Positions 8,701 to 17,233 of a stretch of DNA of 28,295 nt are shown here, piece by piece (position 1 is the stretch's first letter; each line of letters starts with the position of its first letter). This DNA comes from Sulfolobus monocaudavirus SMV1: the sequence record NC_023585.1; one strand, 5' to 3'. The notes below the pieces were generated by a model. It was not told the origin of the DNA and ran no database searches. It worked only from the letters and a program-made list of their open reading frames with translations. A program made the position numbers and the translations under genes.

Positions 8701-11700
8701 AGATACAGAGTGCCGAAAGTAATCCAGTCCTTAACGTGTTTGAAGGTTTTGCTAACACTTTCAATACCGGTTTAAACAATATGATGAATGATATTAACAA
8801 CTTTATTTATTCGCATTTAGGTAAGAACACTTTCACTGAAATCCTAGCAGGGATCGTTGATGGTGCCATATTCGTTGCAATCTCTGCTATTCCTATCGTT
8901 GGGCAGGTCTTCGATGCAATGGCGACGATATCTTTCGTTTCTAGTACAATATTTGATTTGCTGGCTGGTTCTGCGTCATTTAACGAAACCGTTAATTCCT
9001 TCAAACAGATGTTTACAAACCCAACGTCAATAGCAATGATAGTGACACTTATAGTTGATGTAATTGCAAGCAGGTTGATAGAACCAAAGGTAGACGATAT
9101 TGACTTACTTAAGACTACGGACAGTGTAAAATCAGTTCTGTCAAAAGTTGAGAATTCTATAAAGGACAAGGTCGGCGTATCAGCAATAAGCGATAAGGTT
9201 GTTGATACTGTTAAGAGCGATGTAACTGAATCTCCAGACTTCTCAAAAATCAATGATTTAGTAAAACAGGTAAACCTTGATAAGCTGGATATTGAGGCAT
9301 TGAAGAAGGGGTTAGGTAACAAGATAGTAAAGATCGAAGGAGACGCATACGAATTCGTCAAGACTGACATATCCGATGGAAAGATTACGATAGAGACTTA
9401 CGACATTTTCAAAGATGTGAAATTGAAAGTGCTTGATGGAGCCAGCAATATTGCAGTAAAGTTAAGCAAGGACTTCGCTGGTGATATAGAAGTGAAAGTT
9501 ACGCCAAAACTTATTGACGATGCAGTTGCAACATTTGAAAATGGCAAAGTCAAGCTCACAACGGTTGACGAAAACACTATAAAGAATGCAATTTCTTCAA
9601 ACGATTTAGCAACGGCTCTGGACACTATCGAGCTTAACCTATCGTCGACTGTCGCCAAACAGCTGTTTGATACCCTCAAAAAGGCAGACGGCAACACAGT
9701 GAAAATATCCCCAGACGAGGGCATAGCGTATGTCGGTGGTAAATTCTATGATGTGTTCTACAAGGACGGCAATCCTGTGAAGATGGAGGCAATAGAAGAC
9801 CCTGTGGCATTAGCTAAGCTAGAAAAATTTGCAGAAGATGCTGTAGGTAACTTCGTTACGGTGAATAAAGACACGATAGAACAGTTGTTGAAGAATAACG
9901 AAAACTTGCAGAGTATCGAATATTATTTAAAAAATGAGTTTACAGGTAACGTTGTAAGAAATGAGTACCTGAAACTTAAAGACGCATTAGGAAATGAGAC
10001 AGAGTTCACGTCCAGGACTAAGATAAACCCTAACGAAATAGAAACAACTAATGTAATAAAAGGAAATAAACTGCCTAACATATCTCCAAATATTAAATAT
10101 TTGACACCACAGGACGTCGATGCCCTACTTAGCTTTGATAACAGGTTTTCACAAATATTCAGATCACTAATTGCTGAACACCCTGAGGTCAAAGACTTAC
10201 TTGATAGATTAGCGTCGGAAGGAAAATTGCCATATGATTTTACACAACTTGGAGATATAGCTGATAAGATAAAATCATTTTACCAGGCTCTGGACAACGA
10301 AGTGAAAGATATAGAAAGCAAATTGAACAGCAACCCGCTATTCAGCGGTGTAGATATCACAAGCGTTGTTAAGACTATTGCGGAAAAACTAGTAAAGAAT
10401 AACCAAGATAATGTATTGAACGACGAAGTACCGAGCATCTCTTTATCGGATGTCCTAGACCACTTAAGCACTTCAGACAGGGCTAAAGTAGTGTTGAATT
10501 ACCTAAAGACAGACCCTAAGATATATGATGAGGTAATGAAAAAGCTGAGTAATTTCTCTGCCGATACTAGGGATTACATACTATCCCAAGCATACAATCA
10601 GATTGCTATAGCAGTCAAAAACAATATACCGATAACTAGCCAGGGGCTGGAGGCAGTAGTTGAAGATATAGATAATGCTATAGCTAATATAAACCCTACA
10701 GAATCACAAGCCTCTATTCCTACAAACTCTACACAAACATCTGTTTCGACATCAACAACAACGACTACAGAGGGAACAATTTCAAACAGCACTTCAAATG
10801 GTACCTCGACAGTCCTACAGCCTACAACACAAGAAGGGATACTGACAAGGATATCGATAAATACAACGGTCGAAAATGCATTATCGAGCCTATTCCCTGA
10901 TTTCAACAACCTATCGCCAGCTGAGAAATCGATATTTGAGAACATTGTCTCAAGGCTATTCGAAGAGAAGGGGGGAGAACTAACAAAAGAAGACATAATG
11001 AAAGCGTTAGAAGATTCAAAAGCAGAATACCAGGCAATATTGGACAATATAAGGAAGATAATTAACGATGTGAAAGCGGAAACGTCTGGCAAAGAAGAAG
11101 AAAGTGTGGTGAATAACTTGGACACAGGTATAGGCGAATTGGAGAAAAAAGTACAATTCGATGTGCAAAGACTGTCAAACATCTTGTCTATGGTGAGCTT
11201 CGTGGCAGACAGGTTTAACGTCGCTACAGCTATTGAACTTATAAACCAATTGAATTCACTCACCCCCCAGCAGTTACAACACACAATTATCCTGACTCAA
11301 CCACAACTAGAGACGATAAGTAGTATCACACCAACCCTTAAGCAACTAATCATACAGTTGAACAAAGGTGTGAAACTAAAAGACCTGCAGGGGTTAGCGA
11401 TAAAAATCAAGGATGCTTTAGAGAAGGCGGGACTTCAGATCGACGTCGAGCAGTTACTAAGGATAATTAATGCGTTACAAATCATAACTCAGAAATTCAA
11501 TTTACAAATTAGTGATATAGCGTCTCTAATAGCTGTAAACGATGTTAACGGGTTAACGGTTATTCCTATACCTGTAGTATCTGGTATCAAGACGCTGATC
11601 ACGAATATTCAGACTGGGAACACCACGATAACAACTGGTAACACTATTACAGCCGGTACCGAAGAAATTCCAGAGACAACACTATCTGTTAGCGATATCC

Positions 11701-11879
11701 CATTGCAGGGGCAAACAATACAACAGCTACAACAATTGTTACCATCCCCAACTGCAACGCCACCAAACGCTACTACTTCTGGAGAAGGATCCCAAGGAGG
11801 AGGAATAGCGATACCGCCATCAAATTCGAGTCCGCAATTTGCGTCATATCGATCAAAACAACAATACCTCATATTATGA
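5793..11879 (+). CDS. Giant probable virion protein (2028 aa). TPR-like Q/A-rich N-terminal half, central hydrophobic segment, charged C-terminal half
   Basis: Repeated motifs such as EGKYQQALQLAQQNGL, SGNYSEAVQYLQQASQIAQQN and NGEWVSALYYYKELL; hydrophobic ILAGIVDGAIFVAISAIPIVGQVFDAMATISFVSSTIFDLLAG. Size is comparable to the giant proteins of bicaudaviruses. Start could also be 5796. Confidence 0.8.
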   Translation: MMSANTIAQQINQLLSEGKYQQALQLAQQNGLTQTAQKIKALIYVQQAINDAENGNIDQALTDLQNAQKLNPNINLQPYFAYINVIRLFNSANEALKNDDYDTALSDLNQALQIAQQYPNVINVTQIQQQIQTVQALQQIQQYINNANNELEKAHFAEAYQYLQEALQLAQQHNHNISDKRLENVTTAVSYLAKIPAFPQPPQGEITLQKLQQYLQELQSYFATASQYATQASRYYSGFSVLANRYQRSQQVSSQLLGIVNLLVNAQNTAEQNKNSTSAIQSAINLIKQAQNQLQNVNANNTPLSSLASSLSETVQEMYTKYTAYLQILEDIKKGQQEAESGNYSEAVQYLQQASQIAQQNDIAINLTSYIQGFTILEGLQQLPKPPSTQTFLSLSQYFNEVYQILQQNYQVLQKASKYLQLNLQSVQGDIQDAKNISQAMQLLAEAQQLLSPPSSNIVNAISTILANKDKILSDISQALQLLSESETYDMQSSAKQLFEIVQNYQTQVQTYLAGLEKTQQVLDYLNTVNALVTQKVNASSPSAYFIALQNNYTEALRVLKNAMSSAMQANSLFEQIKATPPFDMNQFEKENIALEQFIQLFGTTASAYSSIESSLNNQSNLSTPSDYAKYYQNVVSTIQKAIQKINSLNITDNDVDKVRQQIIQSLQENEINYSALSHAFNIIASATTETERHVQYGHRPSVGGNSVQALAQAYKEASQYLSQYQALQSVAQQFAKMGEFYTLIAQANELLQQSQNSSTSTKISLMEQAKGYLQQALQYIPSNSQAYQNIQNEISNINKAVNVLQNAQPLEQQIKNALANGEWVSALYYYKELLQKTQGTDINNVFNDVSQNNYFKAIQDVNSNSSLQPQQKQFLNSLIAIIGISKYYLPLMNSSLQQAHLQASSWLQALSETFNFVQQMQPVATNLQNALQYAQDAENLAQYVSPQLQQNLSQVVSKIQQQYNAVEEQIQSAESNPVLNVFEGFANTFNTGLNNMMNDINNFIYSHLGKNTFTEILAGIVDGAIFVAISAIPIVGQVFDAMATISFVSSTIFDLLAGSASFNETVNSFKQMFTNPTSIAMIVTLIVDVIASRLIEPKVDDIDLLKTTDSVKSVLSKVENSIKDKVGVSAISDKVVDTVKSDVTESPDFSKINDLVKQVNLDKLDIEALKKGLGNKIVKIEGDAYEFVKTDISDGKITIETYDIFKDVKLKVLDGASNIAVKLSKDFAGDIEVKVTPKLIDDAVATFENGKVKLTTVDENTIKNAISSNDLATALDTIELNLSSTVAKQLFDTLKKADGNTVKISPDEGIAYVGGKFYDVFYKDGNPVKMEAIEDPVALAKLEKFAEDAVGNFVTVNKDTIEQLLKNNENLQSIEYYLKNEFTGNVVRNEYLKLKDALGNETEFTSRTKINPNEIETTNVIKGNKLPNISPNIKYLTPQDVDALLSFDNRFSQIFRSLIAEHPEVKDLLDRLASEGKLPYDFTQLGDIADKIKSFYQALDNEVKDIESKLNSNPLFSGVDITSVVKTIAEKLVKNNQDNVLNDEVPSISLSDVLDHLSTSDRAKVVLNYLKTDPKIYDEVMKKLSNFSADTRDYILSQAYNQIAIAVKNNIPITSQGLEAVVEDIDNAIANINPTESQASIPTNSTQTSVSTSTTTTTEGTISNSTSNGTSTVLQPTTQEGILTRISINTTVENALSSLFPDFNNLSPAEKSIFENIVSRLFEEKGGELTKEDIMKALEDSKAEYQAILDNIRKIINDVKAETSGKEEESVVNNLDTGIGELEKKVQFDVQRLSNILSMVSFVADRFNVATAIELINQLNSLTPQQLQHTIILTQPQLETISSITPTLKQLIIQLNKGVKLKDLQGLAIKIKDALEKAGLQIDVEQLLRIINALQIITQKFNLQISDIASLIAVNDVNGLTVIPIPVVSGIKTLITNIQTGNTTITTGNTITAGTEEIPETTLSVSDIPLQGQTIQQLQQLLPSPTATPPNATTSGEGSQGGGIAIPPSNSSPQFASYRSKQQYLIL

Positions 11880-12071
11880 AAGAGACAAACGGCAGTTAGG
11901 TGAACTGCTAAGTTCAGTTCTAATTAATGTTATCTTTTGTCCCTACTTCGCACTTTTTCTCCTATATAGCATTTCGTACTTTTTCCTCTTTTTCTTCCAC
12001 TTCTCTTGGTTTCATCAGTACGAAATTAAAACCTCAGTGAAAGATCGACTCCCCGACCCCAACTGTTCCCT

Positions 12072-12085
12072 CAAACAGCTGTTTA
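12072..12085 (+). promoter_or_regulatory. CAGCTG-class palindrome upstream of a TATA-like ATTTTTTAAG
   Basis: ccctcAAACAGCTGTTTAATTTTTTAAGTCGG; ATG 12117 is about 25 nt after the TATA-like box. Confidence 0.7.
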
Positions 12086-12116
12086 ATTTTTTAAGTCGGA
12101 TTGTAGATCTTATGTT

Positions 12117-15100
12117 ATGAACAAGAAGAAAGTTCTGGTTGGTCTCCTGTTCCTGTTACTGATTGAATTAACACCAACAATCGCCACTAATTCGCAAACA
12201 TCACCTTCCTCTTCAGCATATGTTGCGAGCATTTCTGTATCTTCAAACCCGTTCATCTTGGATACAGCGACGTTACCAGCGATAAACCAACTAGGGTCTA
12301 ATGTAAGGTTCTTCCAATACCCTAACTTGACGGGACAGCTGTACGCCTACGAACAACAACTACCGCAAACGACACTCACTGTGAATAGTGTCGAGTCAAC
12401 GTCCTGGAAAGTGTTTCCTTATTGGGAAAATGGCGAACTCGTGGTGAACAGCACCTCTGCGTCTAACTGGGGGCAATATATTGCTTGGAAATATTCTCCA
12501 ATATCAAACACCATCAACATAACGATTCACGTATCATCATACCCATCTCAAGCTGGTAATCCTGGTATTGTTGTCTACTCACCTAACGTAGGAGACCAAT
12601 CAAATGATAGTAATAGTGGTTTCTACGTGTTATTAGTTGACTTCTACGGTAACGGGATATTCTACCACTCTCCAACATCCGGTTACACACAACTTTACTC
12701 TTCTTTACCCCAACCTAACCCCAACTATCCGTTCACTTTCAGCGTCATCCTGACGGAGAACTCTGCGGGTAACGTTACAGTACAGAGCGTATACATCAAC
12801 TCAACGGCTTACACAGTGAACGTCAATACTCCTTTCCCGTGGAGTCAGATAGGCTACATAGGGATAAGAGGCGATGCCGGTAACCTATTCTACGTCTCCT
12901 ATTTTGCCGTCTCTCCTTCTCCTTACTACAATGCTGAACAATTCGTGAACAACGTAGAGTCTACATCATGGAGTGTGTTACCTTACTGGCAGAACGGTCA
13001 GTTGGTAATTTCCATTCCCATATCCGTAACAGTGACCAACTCGCAATCAATCGCTACTCCAGCACCTTTCGACCAATTCTTAAACATAACAGAGTCACAA
13101 ATAGCTTCAGCTTTAGGTTCCACTTCTGCATCTCAGTTATGGCAACAAGCAATGTCAAATCATTTCCTCAATTTATTATTTCAACAAAACGGACAAACGC
13201 TTTACGCTTGGGTACAAAATTACACTTCTTCATGGGTAGCGGTGTGGGTAAAACTACCTAACGGTATACCTGCGTCATCTTCAGTGACAATAAACATCTA
13301 CTTCATGAACTCCATCCAATACCCTTACACTGGGATCTATACAGCTGTCTATCCAGGTTACGACAACGGTGCGAATGTATTCACTCAGTACGGCTACTTT
13401 GGGAACCAGATACCTAGTGGATGGACGACAGGCGTATATGCAGGATCTTTCACACCAACACCTACAACAAACGGGCTAGAGATGATAAATAATGGCGATA
13501 ATGAGGGGACTTTCGTTTATGCATCGTTACCGAATACTAACAATTATTATACAGTAATTGCCTCATGGTGGTATAACGGTGAAGCTGATGCACTCGCGCA
13601 GGAATTATACGGAAACGTGTCAAAATTGTCAAACATAGACAGTATAGGATCCACGAATGGCGGTGCCACACCATATGCATCTGGAGGTACTGTGGCACAG
13701 AACGAATTTTATGCATCGACTGCATACATCAAAAACGCGTCAACAACTGCATCAACTGGCTTTGACGGGCAGGGTAACTATTATGTGACAACATATTTCG
13801 CGATCCAGGGGAATACTCAATATTATGGGTACAGTAATCATGGTTCGCCCTTCCAAATAACACTACCATCCAGTTTTGTGACATTTCATTTGATAACGGA
13901 TAGGACAGAACCAACAGTGTTTATAGGTGGGGGATCTGGAGGTGCATCTGGTTATATATATCTAGACTTAGTAATTGTGATACCAACACCACCTAATAAC
14001 GTAATGCCGTCTATAACTGCCGTAACAACTACTGCTGGTCCGTACATTGCTTGGAAATATTCTCCAATATCAAATACCATCAACATAACGATTCACGTAT
14101 CATCATACCCATCTCAAGCTGGTAATCCTGGTATTGTTGTCTACTCACCTAACGTAGGAGACCAATCAAATGATAGTAATAGTGGTTTCTACGTGTTATT
14201 AGTTGACTTCTACGGTAACGGGATATTCCTTCCCACTCTCCAACATCCGGTTACACACAACCTTAACTCTTCTTTACCCCAACCTAACCCCAACTATCCG
14301 TTCACTTTCAGCGTCATCCTGACGGAGAACTCTGCGGGTAACGTTACAGTACAGAGCGTATACATCAACTCAACGGCTTACACAGTGAACGTCAATACTC
14401 CTTTCCCGTGGAGTCAGATAGGCTACATAGGGATAAGAGGCGATGCCGGTAACCTATTCTACGTCTCCTTCTTCAGTGTCACACAGCTGTTAGACGCATA
14501 CTCTCTTGTTACCAACCCTACCACAAACACACCTTACACTGGCACAGTTTACGTAGCAGTCTTTCCCTATCCTATCAGCTACGACGTTTACGTATCGCCA
14601 GCACCGATTGTAAGCTCTCAGTCTCCCCTCCCCATGTTCTCACCTTCATTTACTTCAACGACCACGCTCTACCCCGTGATTTCAACTAACGTGAACTACG
14701 GCGTCATAAATATATGGACTACTTCGGGATCCGTTACGGCGAGTAGTGGTACCGTTAACGTCATCCCTTCAATAGGTGCGTGGACTTCCATCTCTCTCTC
14801 TACGAATACCGTCCCGAACTTCCTCGTGAACGGTACAGTAAAGAGCGGTAGTGTAAGCGGTAACACAATTACACTAAGCGGGCTGACTGGTACTTCAACT
14901 GTAGTATTCCCAGACAACTTCATACCTTCTTCGCCATCTGGAGTAACGACCTACAACGCTACGTTTAACGAGATAAAGACTACGGCTTCTTCCCTAACTT
15001 TCACAGTCAACACACAGATGTTTGAAAGCGGTGTACCAGTGATAGGAGCAACTCTCGGTGAGAACTGGTATTACTACGGCTTCTACTCTAGTGCTGGTAG

Positions 15101-16769
15101 TTACAACGTACCGTTATTCCTAACTACGTTAGCTGTAGGGAACCAGATTTATGCGAACATACCTATGGTTGAAAGTACAAGCTGGAGGGTCTATCCTTAT
15201 TGGGAAAATGGCGAACTCGTGGTGAACAGCACCTCTGCGTCTAACTGGGGGCAATATATTGCTTGGAAATATTCTCCAATATCAAACACCATCAACATAA
15301 CGATTCACGTATCATCATACCCATCTCAAGCTGGTAATCCTGGTATTGTTGTCTACTCACCTAACGTAGGAGACCAATCAAATGATAGTAATAGTGGTTT
15401 CTACGTGTTATTAGTTGACTTCTACGGTAACGGGATATTCAACCACTCTCCAACATCCGGTTACACACAACTTTACTCTTCTTTACCCCAACCTAACCCC
15501 AACTATCCGTTCACTTTCAGCGTCATCCTGACGGAGAACTCTGCGGGTAACGTTACAGTACAGAGCGTATACATCAACTCAACGGCTTACACAGTGAACG
15601 TCAATACTCCTTTCCCGTGGAGTCAGATAGGCTACATAGGGATAAGAGGTGATTGGAATAACTTATTCTACGTCTCCTTCTTCGGCGTCAACTCAATTCC
15701 TTTAGTCTCTTCCTCAGGCGTCACATCCTTTAACTTCTATTCGCCGTTCTCTCTCTCCTACACTATCACAAACACTTCGATCACAGTCCAAAACACACAG
15801 CTGGTTGATGGCGAAAACTACCTCACAATTCCAGGCACTAATGGTATCATAGGGGCGTCTTTCTCATTTTATAATGTAACGTATAACGTCCCAGTCCTTG
15901 CAGTGTCTTCATCTCCTATATCCGTGACATATAACGAAACGACACTAACTTTTACAGTAATTTCCGCATCTCAGTCATTCGTAATTTCTCCTTTCGGAGT
16001 ACCAGAACAGAATTATCAGTCCCTCACTGGTGGCGTAGTGATACTCCCTCAATCTGAAAAAGTGACGTTCTACGTTAATTATCAACATAACTTGGTATCA
16101 TCTTCTACCGTATCATCAACACCACCACCGACCACCACCACTACGACTACAACAACTCCAACTACCACCATTAACCCTAATCAAGCAAGTGTTATAATCA
16201 ATGGTAGTGTTTATCTTACAGCACCTTGGTTGGTTCATTATTCTATACCCTCTTCAAACAGCAGTGTGACAGCGTACTTAATTTATAATTATTCTATAAA
16301 TAAGCCTGAGTTGGTGCTTTCGTCACCGACAAACGTTAATGTGAACATTACATTTACTGCATCTAACGGCACAGTACTGTTATCTGAAAGTGTTACATCT
16401 CCAACAACAGTAACATTACCAATGACTACTGGAAATGTTACAGTAAAGACTACGAATTCTACTGTTACCATACCCCTCACTTATCAGCGGTTTACTGTTA
16501 TTTCCTTGACTAATGCTATTGCGAAGTCACCTTTCCTAGGAGCTACTGCAATTGCTATACTATTCTTTATATCGTTCTTCATTGGCTTCGTGTTCAGGAC
16601 AATACCTAATAGCATGGCACTAGGGTCTGTTGTTTACATTACTGCGGTAGCACCTTTCCTCCTTGCCATAGGTTTCCCAATGTCTATAGTATTACTAACA
16701 GTCGTGCTTGCGGTCGTTGCTTTGATTTATTCAGTCTGGGCGTTACGTGTGACGAATGTCCAGAGTTAA
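12117..16769 (+). CDS. Large surface/secreted glycoprotein-like protein (1550 aa) with signal peptide, three repeated beta-rich domains, DUF2341-like segment, Pro/Thr linker and C-terminal hydrophobic helices
   Basis: N-terminal KKKVLVGLLFLLLIELTPTIA; three copies of IAWKYSPISNTINITIHVSSYPSQAGNPGIVVYSPNVGDQSNDSNSGFYVLLVDFYGNGIF; PPPTTTTTTTTTPTTT; C-terminal TMs; many N-x-S/T sequons. Confidence 0.85.
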   Translation: MNKKKVLVGLLFLLLIELTPTIATNSQTSPSSSAYVASISVSSNPFILDTATLPAINQLGSNVRFFQYPNLTGQLYAYEQQLPQTTLTVNSVESTSWKVFPYWENGELVVNSTSASNWGQYIAWKYSPISNTINITIHVSSYPSQAGNPGIVVYSPNVGDQSNDSNSGFYVLLVDFYGNGIFYHSPTSGYTQLYSSLPQPNPNYPFTFSVILTENSAGNVTVQSVYINSTAYTVNVNTPFPWSQIGYIGIRGDAGNLFYVSYFAVSPSPYYNAEQFVNNVESTSWSVLPYWQNGQLVISIPISVTVTNSQSIATPAPFDQFLNITESQIASALGSTSASQLWQQAMSNHFLNLLFQQNGQTLYAWVQNYTSSWVAVWVKLPNGIPASSSVTINIYFMNSIQYPYTGIYTAVYPGYDNGANVFTQYGYFGNQIPSGWTTGVYAGSFTPTPTTNGLEMINNGDNEGTFVYASLPNTNNYYTVIASWWYNGEADALAQELYGNVSKLSNIDSIGSTNGGATPYASGGTVAQNEFYASTAYIKNASTTASTGFDGQGNYYVTTYFAIQGNTQYYGYSNHGSPFQITLPSSFVTFHLITDRTEPTVFIGGGSGGASGYIYLDLVIVIPTPPNNVMPSITAVTTTAGPYIAWKYSPISNTINITIHVSSYPSQAGNPGIVVYSPNVGDQSNDSNSGFYVLLVDFYGNGIFLPTLQHPVTHNLNSSLPQPNPNYPFTFSVILTENSAGNVTVQSVYINSTAYTVNVNTPFPWSQIGYIGIRGDAGNLFYVSFFSVTQLLDAYSLVTNPTTNTPYTGTVYVAVFPYPISYDVYVSPAPIVSSQSPLPMFSPSFTSTTTLYPVISTNVNYGVINIWTTSGSVTASSGTVNVIPSIGAWTSISLSTNTVPNFLVNGTVKSGSVSGNTITLSGLTGTSTVVFPDNFIPSSPSGVTTYNATFNEIKTTASSLTFTVNTQMFESGVPVIGATLGENWYYYGFYSSAGSYNVPLFLTTLAVGNQIYANIPMVESTSWRVYPYWENGELVVNSTSASNWGQYIAWKYSPISNTINITIHVSSYPSQAGNPGIVVYSPNVGDQSNDSNSGFYVLLVDFYGNGIFNHSPTSGYTQLYSSLPQPNPNYPFTFSVILTENSAGNVTVQSVYINSTAYTVNVNTPFPWSQIGYIGIRGDWNNLFYVSFFGVNSIPLVSSSGVTSFNFYSPFSLSYTITNTSITVQNTQLVDGENYLTIPGTNGIIGASFSFYNVTYNVPVLAVSSSPISVTYNETTLTFTVISASQSFVISPFGVPEQNYQSLTGGVVILPQSEKVTFYVNYQHNLVSSSTVSSTPPPTTTTTTTTTPTTTINPNQASVIINGSVYLTAPWLVHYSIPSSNSSVTAYLIYNYSINKPELVLSSPTNVNVNITFTASNGTVLLSESVTSPTTVTLPMTTGNVTVKTTNSTVTIPLTYQRFTVISLTNAIAKSPFLGATAIAILFFISFFIGFVFRTIPNSMALGSVVYITAVAPFLLAIGFPMSIVLLTVVLAVVALIYSVWALRVTNVQS
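12416..12871 (+). repeat. Intragenic repeat copy 1 of the 1550-aa gene
   Basis: Aligned gap-free with 15194-15649 (offset 2778) and with 14046-14440 (offset 1566, then 1569). Confidence 0.9.
14046..14440 (+). repeat. Intragenic repeat copy 2 (starts inside the unit; carries +2 and +1 indels)
   Basis: attgcttggaaatattctccaatatcaaa... to ...gggataagagg, near-identical to copy 1. Confidence 0.9.
15194..15649 (+). repeat. Intragenic repeat copy 3 of the 1550-aa gene
   Basis: tccttattgggaaaatggcgaactcgtggtgaacagc... to ...gggataagagg, near-identical to 12416-12871. Confidence 0.9.
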
Positions 16770-16774
16770 CCATG

Positions 16775-16812
16775 TTCTGTCTAACTGATTGGGCAGAAAT
16801 TGCCCCTATTCA
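16775..16812 (+). repeat. Dispersed hairpin-forming repeat, copy B (between the 1550-aa gene stop and the coat protein gene)
   Basis: ttctgtctaactgattgggcagaaattgcccctattca; stem TTCTGTC/GGCAGAA. Confidence 0.75.
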
Positions 16813-16861
16813 ACGTATCAAATCCGTAGAAATGCATCCGAAAACTTTTTTAATCACCAAC

Positions 16862-16877
16862 TCAAACATATGTTTGA
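16862..16877 (+). promoter_or_regulatory. Perfect 16-bp palindrome TCAAACATATGTTTGA before the coat protein gene
   Basis: cttttttaatcaccaacTCAAACATATGTTTGAgaccaaaaATGG; centre about 16 nt before ATG 16886. Confidence 0.8.
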
Positions 16878-16885
16878 GACCAAAA

Positions 16886-17233
16886 ATGGTGGATGAGTAT
16901 TTCAAAAGAAAAGGAGACGTAGTAGGTGGAGCAAGAGATGTTTTAAAAGCAATACTAGACGGGAAAATAACAAAATACCCAACAATAACATTAAAGATAG
17001 CTGGAATAGAGGCGAACGCGACTAGGGATGGATACCCACAGGTAAAAGAAATTCTTCATAAAGTAGTTGAGGCGATAAGGACTGCGGTAGATAATGCCGG
17101 CTTAAAGAAGAGAGGTATGGGGTTCCAGGACGTTGAAATTCCGCCAGAAGTCCAACAACAATATATGCCTGTAGTGGAAGAAGCCTACAGATTGTTGTCA
17201 GGCATGGGAGCAGAACAGATGGCTTATCAATAA
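16886..17233 (+). CDS. Major coat protein, P131-like family of tailed fusiform archaeal viruses (115 aa). Start moved to 16886, inside the supplied ORF 16772..17233
   Basis: MVDEYFKRKGDVVGGARDVLKAILDGKITKYPTITLKIAGIEANATRDGYPQVKEILHKVVEAIR... matches my recollection of ATV P131 ([41 protein letters not shown]). The upstream 38 codons cover the hairpin repeat and palindrome. Confidence 0.88.
   Translation: MVDEYFKRKGDVVGGARDVLKAILDGKITKYPTITLKIAGIEANATRDGYPQVKEILHKVVEAIRTAVDNAGLKKRGMGFQDVEIPPEVQQQYMPVVEEAYRLLSGMGAEQMAYQ

Noticed and set aside
8807-11872. Series of minus-strand ORFs (187, 108, 89, 63, 228 and 87 aa) inside the 2028-aa gene
   Set aside because: All lie opposite a long coherent ORF; Ser/Val/Thr-rich composition is typical of antisense translation.
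11839-12120. 93-aa plus-strand ORF spanning the 2028-aa/1550-aa intergenic region
   Set aside because: Overlaps the end of the giant gene and the palindrome promoter of the 1550-aa gene; no evidence of coding.
12416-15649. Intragenic repeats as a CRISPR-like or mobile element array
   Set aside because: The units are long, coding, in frame and irregularly spaced; they are protein domain duplications.
16772-16885. N-terminal 38-codon extension of the coat protein ORF
   Set aside because: Covers the conserved hairpin repeat and the promoter palindrome. The coat-protein similarity begins near MVDEYFKRKG (ATG 16886).
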